From Eledone cirrhosa (Eukaryota), in the NCBI GenBank assembly GCA_964016885.1, contig OZ024740.1, positions 56,048,001-56,112,000 of the forward strand: a stretch of DNA of 64,000 bases. The letters run 5' to 3'. The position numbers were made by a program, and so were the translations under genes. Positions within the stretch are counted from its first letter, which is position 1; each line of letters opens with the position of its first letter. The notes beneath the pieces were generated by a model. It saw only the letters and a program-made list of their open reading frames with translations, was not told the origin of the DNA and searched no databases. This document shows positions 12,060 to 27,500 of the stretch, one piece after another.

Positions 12060-14450
12060 GCCCCATCATTGAAATGTCCCAGGATATATGTGACAGCACG
12101 GAGGACCGACTTCCCCAACAGAATCAGCGAAAATAACCGATCTAGGGACCTAACAGACTGTATAATAGGTAGTATGGATGTTGTGTCCCTATATCCATCT
12201 ATTGACGTGGATTTTGCTGTGGAGAAATGCGTAGAAATGATCAGTGAGAGCAATGTTGAATTCCATGGGATTGATATTAGTCAGCTGGGACTCCTACTTA
12301 AACTTACTTATAGTAATGATTATCTAGATACGTATGACCTTAGCAACCTCTTCCCCACAAGACCAGCAAGAGGCAGACCACCTACCATTACCTCAATGGC
12401 CGAGAAAACCCACACAGAAAGATGGAACGGGTGGACCAGAGACATACGGACACTCGAAAACCACGATGAACTAAAGAAAATGATTGCACATGCGGTGGGG
12501 GCCAGTATAAAACTAACCCTTAAGGAACATCTGTTTAAATTTAATGGAAAAACATATGCCCAAGAGGAGGGAGCAGCCATTTGTGTTAGCATTGCAGGTG
12601 ACATAGCTAACCTATCATGGTATGGCGGGACAATAAACTTAAAGAGCAATTAGAAGACAGCAACCTCTTAACCCTGATAATGTACTCTCGCTACGTTGAT
12701 GATATAAACATCGTAGTAAAAACACCCCCACTAGAGAACAGTCAGGAAGTAGAGAAAAACACCATGGAAAGCATCCAGCAAATAGCTAACTGCATCCACC
12801 AGAGTATTAGAGTTACTATAGACTACTCAAGCAAAAACCCCAACCATCGATTACCTGTACTGGACACAGAGCTCTGGTTACAAACCATTAATAACAAAAA
12901 AACAAATCCTCCATTCCCATTATGCCAAATCCATGACTTCCAAATATCTGATCCACCGAAACTCAGCTGTTTCGGATCACACCAAAATCAACATACAGAT
13001 TGCGGATTTAGTACGGGTGATGAGAAACGTGTCCCGCATGTGCAACCCCAAAGAACTAGAGAGACACATATAATACTTCATCCACCGTATGCAGTTCTCT
13101 GGTTACAATCAGAGAGATAAAATCAGAGTGTATAGAGGAGCCACAACCATATGGGAAAAAATGGTAAATAATGATACAAATGGGACCTGCCCCTTGTATA
13201 GGAGCAAATTTTGGAATAGAATAGAAAGAACAAGGAATAAGGTTAATAGAATAAACTCATGGTGATAGCAATAAATACCAGAGTGTAATGTTCATAAATA
13301 CAACCCCTAGAGGTGAATTAGCTTACAAATTTAGAAGGGCCCTAGATAAACTTAAACTTAATATTAAGATAGTAGAAAGACCAGGTACCTCCATAAAAAC
13401 ACTTATTAGTAATACATACCCTTTTCAAAGACCTCCCTGTATAGATAAGAAATGCATAATCTGTAAACTAAGCCCCCATATTAAATGTAAAACTAGAAAC
13501 ATAGTATATAGCATAAGATGTACTGAAGGACAATGTAAAGATAAGAATATAGTGTACATAGGTGAGACAGCTCGTAGTATAGGAGGACGGTTAAATGAAC
13601 ACTGGCGAGAGCTTCAAGATAGAAAAGAATCATAAATACTCAACCAACATGCTAAAATAGAACATAAGGGCAAATTAGAGAACATAGAAATAAAAATAAA
13701 ATCTGCACACAGAAAAGACGCAATGTTTAGACAAATCACAGAGGCAATAAACATAAATGAACTCCAACCAAAATTAAATAGAAAACATGAATGGAATAGC
13801 AACATCACAACTTACAATTAAGGACAAAGTTAAAACACACACAGATAGAACAAACAACCAACAAGTAACATGTAAATAAACAAATAAATAAACAAATAAA
13901 AACACACACAGACACCTGGATGTAACACATGCGCAAACTAAGCACACAACACACACAAACACAAGATGGCGTAGGACAGAACAAAGGTGAGGCACAAAAC
14001 AAAGAAAATAATCCCCAATCACTGAAGAGGTCACATAATGTGTGACGAAAGAACTTTGACAATATATGAACAACTGTCCGGTTGTGGAACCAACCAACCG
14101 GAAATTTATAAAAAAATTTATAAAAACTTTTAAAAAACTATTTTAAGTGAAAGCAACTGGTGCGTGTGTTTCTTATTGGCAACATGACCCTCCCAAAGTA
14201 TAACAATATCGATTTCAACAGACGTTTTCAGATAAAGAATCTTGCTAAACAAATTCAGAAACGAAATTTCATATTTACGCATGAGTTGAACGAGCCTGCT
14301 TTTAAATTTCCTTTTTGTCATATTCTGGCAGTAGATTAGGGTTAGCGTGTTGATCTCTACTGATGAACGGTTACAACCGTGACCATCCCCACTGAAAGTT
14401 TCGTGAAAGAGTCTTTTTAAGACTATATAGAGCATTTGTAGTTTTTCCAA
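12060..14450 (+). mobile_element. Decayed Penelope-like element (subfamily A2)
   Basis: GSMDVVSLYPSI, YSRYVDDI, CIDKKCIIC, NIVYSIRC..YIGETARS in frameshifted ORFs; 3' repeat runs on into a new ORF start MTLPKYNNI at about 14184. Confidence 0.92.
14019..14059 (+). ncRNA. Minimal type I hammerhead motif
   Basis: tca-CTGAAGA-g-GTCACA(taatg)TGTGAC-GAAA-gaac-TT-tga; stem II covaries with family A (GTTGCA/TGCAAC). Confidence 0.7.
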
Positions 14451-14678
14451 ATTAAAGGTTGAGTATTTAAACTTTATTTTATTCAGAGTTAAGGCTCTAT
14501 TGATTTTCCCTCGATTTCACAAAATTCTATGGATAAATCTATGTCTTGATTTTTATTTTAATTGAGTTTGTGTTATTTTCCCACATCTTACGTTAATTAT
14601 TTTCCATTTTGACGTTATAGTCACTTATATATTATGAAATACTGTTGGCTTCACGCTCACAATAATTTCTATACTTTC

Positions 14679-14710
<32 letters not shown>

Positions 14711-14712
<2 letters not shown>

Positions 14713-15113
14713 AGGAGGTTATAGTTCACTTGAAGCATTGTGTAATGAGGTATAAACGTTTGTATATGTATAATAAATCCAAAACAATGCAGGTATGGAC
14801 ATAGAATAAAGAATGCAAAGGCAAAAGATATTGTTGACAATTAGTCTTTTACCTTAGATTTATTTAAATGTCCTTAATTTTCGAGATAATATCTCTTCTT
14901 CAGAGGCAAGTAAATCTATTTAGAACACTGGTTTAACAGCTTTACTTGCCTCTGAAGAAGAGATATTATCTCGAAAATTAAGGACATTTAAATAAATCTA
15001 AGGTAAAAGACTAATTGTCAACAATATCTTTTGTCAACAATATCTTTTGCATTTGCATTCTTTATTCTATGTCCATACCTGCATTGTTTTGGCTTTATTA
15101 TACATATACAAAC

Positions 15114-15116
<3 letters not shown>
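14711..15116. mobile_element. Fold-back remnant of PLE family C 3' end, with an HHR in each arm (14872-14906 minus, 14949-14983 plus)
   Basis: Inverted arms centred near 14928; left end matches 28805-28985; cct-CTGAAGA-a-GAGAT(att)ATCTC-GAAA-at-TA-agg. Confidence 0.8.
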
Positions 15117-15194
<78 letters not shown>

Positions 15195-15386
15195 AAAATT
15201 CGGGACCCCGACGGTTGAGCTCCTGCCGTTTATATATATATATAGGTGTGTGTGTGTGTGTGCGTGCATATGTGTGTGTGTACGATTAGTGCGTGAGAAT
15301 GAGTACTCAATGGCATAGTAGAGATATTGTCTTGATTAAGGGCAAATTTGAGTACGCTGGAGATGGTTCTAAGAAAGAAATTGCAC

Positions 15387-15446
<60 letters not shown>

Positions 15447-15936
15447 ATAGGGTGAAAGAGACGATTATTAGGAAGAAAAATATTTTTTGTTCCTTTTTTG
15501 TTTCTCTCTTTTTTTCTGGGTTAGAAAATGATTAAAACGAAATCTTTTACTTTGTGTGAAGTGTTAAGGTATTAGTTGATTTATTTATTATTTAACAATG
15601 GCATTTATTTATCTATTTATATATTTAATTATCGTCTATTACCGGTTTCAGCATTTTTATGCATTATCAAATGATAGTGAAATGTATTAGTGTGGTGTCG
15701 CACATGATAAACAGAAGGTGCAGAAAGAATAATGTTATTTACAAACAAGGTTTATGAAGTGAAAAGAAAAAAGAAAAAGGAAAAAAAACATGCTTAATGT
15801 AGAGCATAAAAAGTCAATGTGGAAGAAAAAATAATGTTATTTACAAGCATAGTTATTGAGGTTAAGCAGATCAAAATGTGTTAATATAGCAAGAGTGCTT
15901 AGATGATCCATGATTCAATGATGGAGGCAAATGGTG

Positions 15937-16590
<654 letters not shown>

Positions 16591-16732
16591 TATAAATGCG
16601 GAAATACCCACTTTATAAATAAATGTTTTGATATTATACTGAAAAAATCCCTTCAGCATTTTCTACTGTATTTTTTTCCTTTTCACTATTTGTTTATATA
16701 TATATATGTGTGTGTGTGTATGTGTGTGTGTG

Positions 16733-16872
<140 letters not shown>

Positions 16873-17489
16873 TGTATGACAATACAGAAAGGATACATAT
16901 ATACGACTTTACGTTTTGTGAAATTAAACCTAGTGAATAAATCGGCTGATTGAGATGAGTATCACATGAATGTGATCATTTTATCTTTTTATGGATGTGA
17001 AGGGGCACACCATTTCATTGCATTTAACTCTTGCATAGATTGGAAACAAAGTTTTCTCATTAGTAATACTCACTATGAAATTATTTACGAGTACTCAACA
17101 GTAGTTAAGTATATTAAAAGAAATACCTTACAATTACTGTGGTGTGTTTAATATTCCTATAAAGCATCCTAGCTGCAGGTAGAATTATAATGGAAAGATT
17201 AGTCTCAAGTCAGATTTGAAACTGGGATGCGTAGTCAGATTACCAGAATCTCAGATCCTTCTCTACTCCCCGTATTTCTTTATAAATATTATGTAGACGT
17301 TAAAGCAATATTCTTTTCTTATGGGGTATTTATCCTCAGTCCTATTGTTACTGTTCATTTTCATCCTAATTTTTCAGAGGGAGTGGTAATCCATCGACAA
17401 GATCCTAGTCGGAGGGGTGGGGGAACTCGTCCAATCGGACCAAAGAAATACTGGCTGCATTTTTTTTCTCCATTGCTGGTAATATGAAC

Positions 17490-17582
17490 AACATTGCTCA
17501 AGCGCATAATGCATTGCCTGCTCCCGGAATCGAACTCGCAACCCTACGATTGCGAATCTCTAACCCCTAAGCCACGCGCCTT
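17490..17582 (-). mobile_element. Fragment of a second tRNA-derived SINE
   Basis: Minus strand ggcgcgtggcttaggggttag...gagttcgattcc (A/B-box-like). Confidence 0.5.
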
Positions 17583-17923
17583 AATCATAACTGCATGCCT
17601 TCTATTTCTGTATATTCACATGGCTTCTAAATCATGCTTGCTAAGGAGATCCTCTTTTATCTCCATCATCTACTTATCCCAAAAGATCTGGAAAGCAAAG
17701 ATTATTCGATTTTATCACTCGGTTTTTTTATCTTAGATGTTAAGCAGCTAGATGTGTTTTTATCAACTCGTTACATAAATTATAAGACAATCGATGTTCT
17801 TCAGTTCACTATATTACACATGAGAAACCTTGCCATATATAGGCCTCGTGTTGTTGTTTATTAACAGGTTATCCCTGAATAAGCAGACCTAAACTCAAAA
17901 ATATTCCAGCTATGTCCATTCCG

Positions 17924-18300
17924 TGGTGGATTGGCAGTATCGGTAGAGAAGCGGACACCATGCTTTGCAGCATAGTTACGGCCCTTTATGATCTGAGCCC
18001 AAATCCCCCCGAGGTTAACTTTGCCTTTCGTCCTTACGGGGTCGATAAAATAAAGTACCAATAATGCACTGGATAATTGCTGGCCTTGTGCCAAAATTAG
18101 AAACAATTATTATGCTTCTTAGCCGGTAGATTGGCAGTATCAGTAGCGGGTCGGACGCAGCATCGAGCTACGGCCCTTTACGGACTGGGTTCAAATTCCG
18201 CCGAGGTGACTTTGCCTTTCATCCTTATTGGGTCGATAAAATAGAGTACCAGTAATGCACTAGAATAAGTGCTGGCCTTGTGCCAAAAGTAGAAACAATT
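17924..18300 (+). mobile_element. Two tandem tRNA-derived SINEs (Nin/Deu-like core)
   Basis: tggcagtatcggtag (A box), gttcaaat (B box), gcctttcatcct..gtcgataaaataaagtaccag core, 3' gctggccttgtgccaaaagtagaaacaatt. Confidence 0.85.
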
Positions 18301-19079
18301 ATGTTTCTTGTTACCTTGGTTAACAATATATCCTTTCGTTTCTCAATACGACATGATGAAGATTTGGTTTCTATTTCTAACACGTTTGACAACTACCTAG
18401 TGGATCCTTTGATGAACTTGTTGCTGAGGATATTCGTTCCTTTCTGAAGGGTACTAATGTTATAAGTGAAATGGCATTATTATAGATGTAGATTTCTGAT
18501 AAAGATCTGGATCTTCATAGCTTTAGGAGAGTAGGAATGAGAATTACTCTCAAGCCTCTACAAAAATTATGATATTATCTTTCTTACAAGCTAAATCAAT
18601 AGTAAAATGTCAAACATAGAAGATGAATATACATTAAGTAAAGTTTATGTGATGTTCGTTGTCTGGGGGCGAAATATTTACCGGATGTCAAGCTTGACAG
18701 AATATAAAGACAATAAATTTCTGTAACAACAGAGAACAAATACCATGCGATGTCAGCAGGCTAAATGTCATTTGTTTTATAGAGAAAGTAAAACAGCTGC
18801 CATCACAGTTAAAGTAATAATATCATATAAATCTTCAGCTGCATCTAGTTTTACTAAATCATATGTTCATTTTTCTTTCGTGACATCTCCTAAATCATTG
18901 CTGATTTTTTTGTTTCTTTTGGTTGTTTTCTTTTGTTTTTTTGTTTTTTTTAATTCTATTCTGGGATAATTTGCACTAGGATATCTAATCAATATTTTAT
19001 TTCGACTGATCCCTTACATAACTATATACAGGAGTGTATTATTTTTAACATCTTTTACTCCATAGTTCGAGAAGCGAAG

Positions 19080-19437
19080 CAACCGTTATTCAGGAAGTTA
19101 TCCTCACACCGGAGGTCAGAGAGAAAATGTTGGTGGTCCGCAGAAAAATGTGGACATTATTTGCAATTTTTATGTTTTATTAATAATAAAACAAAAATAA
19201 AACAAAAATAATATTCGGTTAAAATATATTTTATAACACCCCTAAAAAATATTTCTCCTCAGTAAAGAACTAACATCCATGAAAGAATTTAACACATATG
19301 TATCATCAATCGACAATATGACAGACGTACGCTTCAGTATTGTTTCGACCATTTACCATTAATTCATGTTAGTGTTCCGCGGGATTTAAAATCGTGAATT
19401 TAATGGTTCGTGAGCTCCGAAAGGTTGGCAACCGCTG
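19080..19437. mobile_element. Probable hAT-like non-autonomous DNA transposon remnant
   Basis: Right end aaggttggcaaccgctg resembles a CAG..GTT.CCAACC hAT terminus; left terminus not found. Confidence 0.35.
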
Positions 19438-19569
19438 CAATAAACCATCCAACCAAAAAGAGGTGTGAATTTGATTTGACTAAAGTGTTCATTATTCTTT
19501 GAGGCTTTTGCTTGTTTGCAGCATCTGGAAATGGTCATCTGTACGGTTGGTTCTTAATATAGCAGACGA

Positions 19570-19895
19570 ATTGATTTATTTTCATCTTATTGATTTGGCA
19601 AACAAAAAATGTTTACCAAACTGACAGATCGCAGCTCCGGTATTACGGGCATGTGGCTGGAACGTCTCATGAAAGAATCGCTGAATAGATTTTAAGGGTA
19701 AAACCAACAGGGAGAAGTCCCAAGGGATGACCCCAAGCAGGATAGTTGGATAACATACATGAGCTTATGTGGTCTTGCTTGGGCATCCAGTTGGATTAAT
19801 AGGAGACGGTTGCTTCCCGCTGGAAGGTATAGATGGGGACTCTGCCACTACGACCCTCACAGGAATGTGTGGGTAAAGAAGAAGAAGAAGAAGAA
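19570..19895 (+). pseudogene. 3' fragment of an RTE-like LINE
   Basis: QLRYYGHV..KPTGRSPKG.P-like frame ending in a (gaa)n tail; similar to 38830-38940. Confidence 0.6.
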
Positions 19896-20662
19896 AATTG
19901 TACCCACCCTATGCTTTTAGTTTAATTAGATCTTTACGTTTTAAGTTCAAATCCCACGAAGGTCAACTTTGCCTTTTATCATTCCGAGGCTGAAAAACTA
20001 AAGGAATTTATCAGACAGGAATGAAATTATAATAATTTTTAATATAGACACGTGGCCAGAAATTTAAGACGGAATTGGATAATTCATCAAATTAGCACCA
20101 CTGTATATTTGATACTTTAGTTTATCAACACCGAAAAGATAAAATATAAAGTGGACCAAAGTGGTGGTATTCGAACTTAAAACGTAAAGCACCGTAACTA
20201 GAGTACCACAACGATTCTTCTAATATCTTTAACAATTAAATTAAAATGAAAAATTAAACCACAAATGGGGACTATCTTATATATACAAAGTTGCTACGTT
20301 AGACTTTTAAATCCATAACCAGTTTTACCAGTAAAATATTGACATAGATGGATGGGAATCCTAACATATCATTTCCTCTCCCTTCAACTATTTATTCCAC
20401 GCCATCTTGGTTAAAGCACGGATGAAAAATAGCACAGAAACATATAGAAAATCGTAATTATATATTAAAAAAAGAATAGAAATAATTAATTAATAAAATA
20501 CAATAAATGTTTTGGGAGCGAAAACAAACAAAAAGCAAATAATTTAGTGGTTTGAAATTATAATCAGTTTTTTTTTTTAATTATATATTTGTTATGCGTT
20601 ATTTTGTTTATTTATGTGTATGTTTTTATTTTGTAATGGAAACTGCAATGCGAAGTGACTCG

Positions 20663-20894
20663 CTAGCAAGCTGCATAGCCATTTTCTATTTTGCAGGAAA
20701 TTGCAAGTCTTTTAACAACGTTGCATTTCTCTGTATCACGCAGCGATGTCTTTCGTGGACTTTTTGCCTCCGAAACAACAGCGAAACAGCTGCACATCTC
20801 TTCTACGTCTTCTAAACAGATTCTCCTTTCTACCTGTTTTAACTCTCGTTTCTCTTTTCCCACGTGTTGTGGTTGTTCTACATTCGAGGACAAA
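20663..20894 (-). CDS. Probable terminal coding exon of a host gene (Cys-rich, dibasic sites), product unknown
   Basis: Minus-strand poly-T tract + CAG acceptor at 20895-20897; 76 open codons of non-repetitive, higher-GC sequence to TAG; AT-rich downstream region with AATAAA. Confidence 0.45.
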
Positions 20895-21124
20895 CTGATC
20901 GATATAAAAAAAAAAAGCCGCAAACTAATCAAATACTTTTAATTTCCACACATCGGGGTTGCTTTAAATCAAATGTAATTTTTCGCAATAGTTATTGGAA
21001 AGGTTCTCTTTTTATTTTATTAATATTTTCTTAGATTGATTTAGGTTTTTCTTCTTTTCTTTTTATCTAGATTGCGGGTTTCCTAGTTTATTAAAAGTGC
21101 TAATAGCATTTTATATAAAAGAAA

Positions 21125-21189
21125 TATATATAGATATGCATACACATATACATAAAACCCTCATTCCTACATACATGCATGCATAAATG

Positions 21190-21286
<97 letters not shown>

Positions 21287-21448
21287 GGAGAGAGCGAGAC
21301 AGTTACACACATACATATATATATATACACACACATACATGTGTATGCATGAATTACATACAATTACATAGACGTTTATAGTATACATATATATATATAT
21401 ATATATATATTTATGTATATATGTATTATGTATATATATATATGTATG

Positions 21449-21494
<46 letters not shown>

Positions 21495-21882
21495 TATGTA
21501 AATATATGTATGTATGTGTGCTTGTGTGTGTTGTAATGTGTTTGTGTAGATTAAAAATTAAGAAAATGTACACTCAAAACGTAACACGCATCCATCGTAA
21601 GTAACATGGATGAAATGGATATATGGAAGGTCGGCAAGGATAGTTAGATAGGTATATATAAATATAGTCAGTGAGAGAAGGTAGAGGAGGAAAGAGGGGA
21701 AAAGAAAGAATGACACATACATACATGGATGTATGGATACATACATATATATATTTACCTGGATGCATGGATACATACATATATACATAGATGCAAGGAT
21801 ACATACATACGTATATGCATGCATGCATACATACATACATTCATACTTATGTGCAAACATATATACATGCATGCATGCATAG

Positions 21883-21969
<87 letters not shown>

Positions 21970-22132
21970 CATATATATATATATACACAGATACATACAT
22001 ATATACATACATGTCTACATACATGCATGTATGTATGCGTGTATTTATGTGTGCGTGTACGTATATATATATATATACATTATGTAGACATGTATATATA
22101 TATATGTATGTATCTGTGTATATATATATGGA

Positions 22133-22178
<46 letters not shown>

Positions 22179-22407
22179 TCCATATATATATATATATTCA
22201 CAGATACATACATATATACATACATTTCTACATACATGTATGTAGGCATACATAATGTATATATATATATATATATATATACATGCACACATAAATACAC
22301 GCATACATACATACAAATGTATATACATACACACGTACGTACATACATACATTCATACATACATACATACATACATACATACATACATACATACACACAC
22401 ACATACA

Positions 22408-22441
<34 letters not shown>

Positions 22442-22693
22442 CATACGTACATACAAGCATACATACACACATATACATACAAACATTCGTACGTACAAAC
22501 ATACACACCAGACAACCTAGTTAATATCTAAATTCCAATGAAAGTGCCTCGTTTGAGAACAGGATCTTTCGCTATTGGAGAGAAATTTAAAAAATAAAAA
22601 CCAGAAAAAATAAATATACTTTTATAGAGACATAGACTTAATTACAATGCTGGATATATATATATATATATATATATACATACACACACACAC

Positions 22694-22724
<31 letters not shown>

Positions 22725-22775
22725 TATACATACATATATATATATATACATATATATACATACATATATAGATAT

Positions 22776-22855
<80 letters not shown>

Positions 22856-22864
22856 ATATATATT

Positions 22865-22904
<40 letters not shown>

Positions 22905-22910
22905 GATTTA

Positions 22911-22941
<31 letters not shown>

Positions 22942-22999
22942 GTATGTATATATATATACATACATGTATATATATATATACATATCTATATTTATATTC

Positions 23000-23066
<67 letters not shown>

Positions 23067-23423
23067 AGAAACAGTGAGAGAGAGAGAGACGGATAGAGAG
23101 CGCGAGAGAGAGAGAGGGGGCGATGTATATAGAAACATATATACAGCGGGAAATGAGATGGGGGGGGGTGATATCCTGATAGATCAGTAGATTGATTAAA
23201 AGAAAGAAATATTGGTATATGTGATATGTGTGGGTCTGAAATAGAGAAAGAGTTAGGCTGCTACTTACATACATGCATGCAAATACATGAGCATACACAT
23301 ATGTATTAGTATATAGACAAATGCATATATGCATACTTACATTAGAACACATAAATATATGTGCATTGGAACAGCATTAAAGAAGACAGAAAATTAGAGG
23401 CAAAGATAAAAATAAAGTAAGTG

Positions 23424-23479
<56 letters not shown>

Positions 23480-23644
23480 ATGCGTGTGTATATATATGTA
23501 TATATATATGTATATATATGTATATATATGTATATATATATATGTATATATATATTCATATATAAATATACATATATATATGTATATATATATGTATATC
23601 CGTATAATGAAGGAATATATATATATATAACTATGCATACATAC

Positions 23645-23706
<62 letters not shown>

Positions 23707-24028
23707 ATATCAATATATATATACAAGAGAGAGAGAGATTTAGGAGTTTAATATAACAGCTTGTCCCCTAGAGTGTTTTACAATACAGACACACATACCT
23801 CAGTAGCTGTTGTTATCTACTTCGCATTCGATACAACACTTTCGAAAAGGAAACAAACGTGTTGATATTACGACTTCCTTATTATAATTATGTAGAATTG
23901 GAGGTCAGAGCGAAATCAAATAGCTGTTTCAGTAAACGTTATTGACAAACACTTACGAGCGCATGCCCAGACACACAGACATACACAAACGCGCACAAAC
24001 ACACACACACACGCACACATACACACAT

Positions 24029-24115
<87 letters not shown>

Positions 24116-24425
24116 TATATATATATAATATATAAATATATATGGATATATATATAGAGAGAGAGAGAGAGAGACAGAGAGAGAGATATCTGTGTGTGTG
24201 TGTATAGAGAGAGATTTATATATATATATGTATATATATACACGCATATGTATGTATGTATATATATTTCAAGGGCATCCAAGCAACCTAGGTTTAGTAA
24301 AAAAAATATGGTTTTATAAATATAGTTTCCATTTATTTAATATCATGGTATATATATATATATACATATATACACATACATATATACACATACATATATA
24401 CACATTTATACATATACATATATAA
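21125..24425. repeat. Compound microsatellite field (TA, CA, TACA, GA)
   Basis: Directly visible; includes a local duplication 23889-24060 / 24430-24595. Confidence 0.95.
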
Positions 24426-24562
24426 AGATATATGTAGAATTGGAGGTCAGAGCGAAATCAAATAGCTGTTTCAGTAAACGTTATTGACACACACTTACGA
24501 GCGCATTCACAGACACACAGACATACACAAACGCGCAGAAACACACACAAACGCACACATAT

Positions 24563-24595
<33 letters not shown>

Positions 24596-24596
24596 C

Positions 24597-27500
24597 ATGA
24601 TCAGGTCGAGCTTCCTCGGCTTTCTACGACACGTTTCCTCCATCCATCTCTGTCTCTCATAGCGTTTGCCAGTTCTTCCGCAGTTCATCCAGTATCGTCC
24701 TCAAGTTGCTTGACGTATGTCTTCTTGGTACGACCACCGTTTCTTGCTCCATGAGATGGACTCCATAACAATACATCACCTGCTATTTCTTCCTTGCTGC
24801 GCCAACAGTGGCCAGCAAATCTGAGTCTCTGTTTACGTATTGACCTGCTGAGGTGGTATATTGCCATAGAGATCCTTATTTGTTGGGTGTTCCCTCCCGA
24901 TACGTTTAAAGCAGCACGGAGTATACGTGTGTATGCCCCGTCTAGCTTTTACTCCAGTTTCGACGTTAGCATCTAAGTGATAGAGCCATAAACAAGCACA
25001 GATTCCACAGCAGCTCTGAAGAAATTCCTTTTCAGTTTGGCCGGCAGGTTTGATTTCCATATTTTTTCCATTGCATTCAATGCTCCCCGGGCTTTTCCCA
25101 GTCTGATGTTAACATCATGTTCTGTGGAGGCGATATAGCTACCCAAGTATTTGAAGTCGTCAACTTGCTTGATTATATCACCGTTTAGACTTCGCATACC
25201 AAGGAGTCTTGGTTCAGGCAAATATATTCTGTTTTGCCTGCGTTGACATAGAGTCCGATTTCGTTTGCAACTGATTCGATTCTGTGACGTAGTGATGTTG
25301 CATCCTTAAGGTAGTCAGCGAGGACCGCTAATTCATCCGCATAGTTAGCATCGGTGATTTTCTGAGCTGTATGGCGTCTACACTTTCACTTTGTGAGAGT
25401 GAAACCAAGCTCTAAGCTTTCGTCCAGGGCTTTTCTCAATACATAGTCGAGACAGATGATAAAAATATATGGTGCAAGAGTATCCCCTTGGAGTACTCCT
25501 GCAATGATGTCAAAGAAGTTGGTATCTCCATCAGGTGAGCGCACCATTACGCGGGTGCTTTTATATAACATCATGATGGCATTTGCTGTTTCCTTTGGCA
25601 AGCCGTAGGCTAGAAGTATCACTCTCATCCTCCCACGATGGATGGAATCGAATTCTTTTGAAAAGTCAATAAACAGGAGAGTTGCTGGGAGGTTTTTGGC
25701 TTTTACGCCTTCCAAGATACGCTGAATAGTAAGTATTTGCCCTGATGTTCATCTGTTGTCTGTTGGTGCGGAAGCCATTTTGGTTTTTTCTCAGCAAGGG
25801 TTCAATGACAGGTCTTATTCTGTCAAGCAACATGAGATTGTATATATTTGCGGCAATTGCCATTAGTGTTATGCCACGATAGTTTTTAGCCATTCCAAGA
25901 TCGCCCTTTTTGGGAAAAGGGAGTATACACCCCTCAGTCCATTTGTCTATGGGGTCTTGATTATAGACACCATTACACAACTCTAGTAGGATTGGGTGAA
26001 ATTCAGGTACCTTCCACACTTCAGCTGGGATCTCGTCGAGTCTGCACGCTTTTCCGTTACCGATACTTTGCACTGCTTTCTGTAGTTCCTCCATAGTGAA
26101 AGGACCTTTCTGTATTTGGTGTACCTCTGTAAAAACGGGTATTATTTCTTCTTCGATGATCTGTGGTACTTTGCCAAGTAGGTTCTGAAAATGTTGTTGC
26201 CACAGTTTTAAACGTTCGTCTTGGCTTGGGGCTTTCAGTTTGGCTCTGTCACTACTTTTTCTGCCACTAATTTCATTGACAATTTTCCAGGATTCATCAG
26301 ACCTCTTATTGCTGACAGTACTCGAGATATTATTGATCTTTCTCTGCATGTATTCGGCTTGCTCAATTTCATACTCACTTTTCAGTGCAGTACAAGCAGC
26401 ATTGAAATTACTAATGTTTTCTGGAGATCATTGAGTGTCTTTCAATTCTGCAGCTTTTCGCAACTCTTTGCGCTTTTGGCGTATCCTCTCTGTTTCCCAG
26501 GGTTTTCGTTTTTTAACCTTGGGTTTTAAAGGGATGGTGTCGGCCGCTTCCTCTTTGAATGCCATTTGAAAGTGGTTAAATGTAGAATTTGACGATTTTG
26601 TTGGCGCAGAGTCTTGTAGGGCAGCAAATCGGTTTCTCAGTTGGGTTACAAAGGTTTTGTAAGTCTCAGGATAGTATTCAGAACGGCCCAATTGTAAGGA
26701 GTAGCATTCGCAGATTTCTTTTTATCCACTCGGAGACTTAATCGTATCTTGGCCGAGACAATGCGATGATCCGAGTCAACACTAACAAATGAGTCATATG
26801 CTCTGCAGTTTTTTGCGCTGTTCTTCCATTTTCGATTGATTATGATATAATCCAGTTGCGTCTTGTCGCCATTTGAAGATTTATGTGTCCACCGCTGGCC
26901 TGGTCTTTTTTGGAATATGGCGTTGAGACATCGTAAATTGATCTCACACAAGTAATCTTTTAGCATACAACCGTTTCTATTGGTTTGTGAGTGGTATGAG
27001 ATTTTGAATCCATCAAGCTGTCCAAGACGCGCGTTGAAGACTCCGCCAATGATGAGAACATTATGTTTCGGGATTTGTCTAGTGAGTGATGTTAGTTCCA
27101 TGTAAAACCTCTCTACTTCGGCCATGTCATACATTGGTTGGACTATAGGAAGAGATTACAGTGGTTTTAGGATACCCATTAAACGTAGCTATCATTATCC
27201 TTGATGTTACCATTTCAACACTCGCAAGTGCATCATAGGCTTGCGGGCTGAAAAGCATTCCAACTCACCATTTGCTGCATTCATGTTGTCTTTCCAAGCT
27301 GAGCAGGTTATCAGCCTCCAATTGCCAAATATTTGCTCCTTTGTTATAAGATCTTCATGTATGAACCGGTGCTCCTGAAGACAGATAACATCATGGTTGG
27401 TCGCCCCTGCTGAAGCAATCAGTTCAGGGATTTTATGGTCTTATTGGAGTGTTTGAACATTGAGTGGACCAGCAAAGATGTCTTTCTTTCCGTGTACAAG

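Noticed and set aside
17924-18010. Functional tRNA genes at SINE heads
   Set aside because: A/B boxes continue into the SINE core and tail in every copy; no full cloverleaf.
21100-24425. Dozens of [18 protein letters not shown] ORFs here and throughout the window
   Set aside because: Translations of dinucleotide and tetranucleotide microsatellites, not genes.
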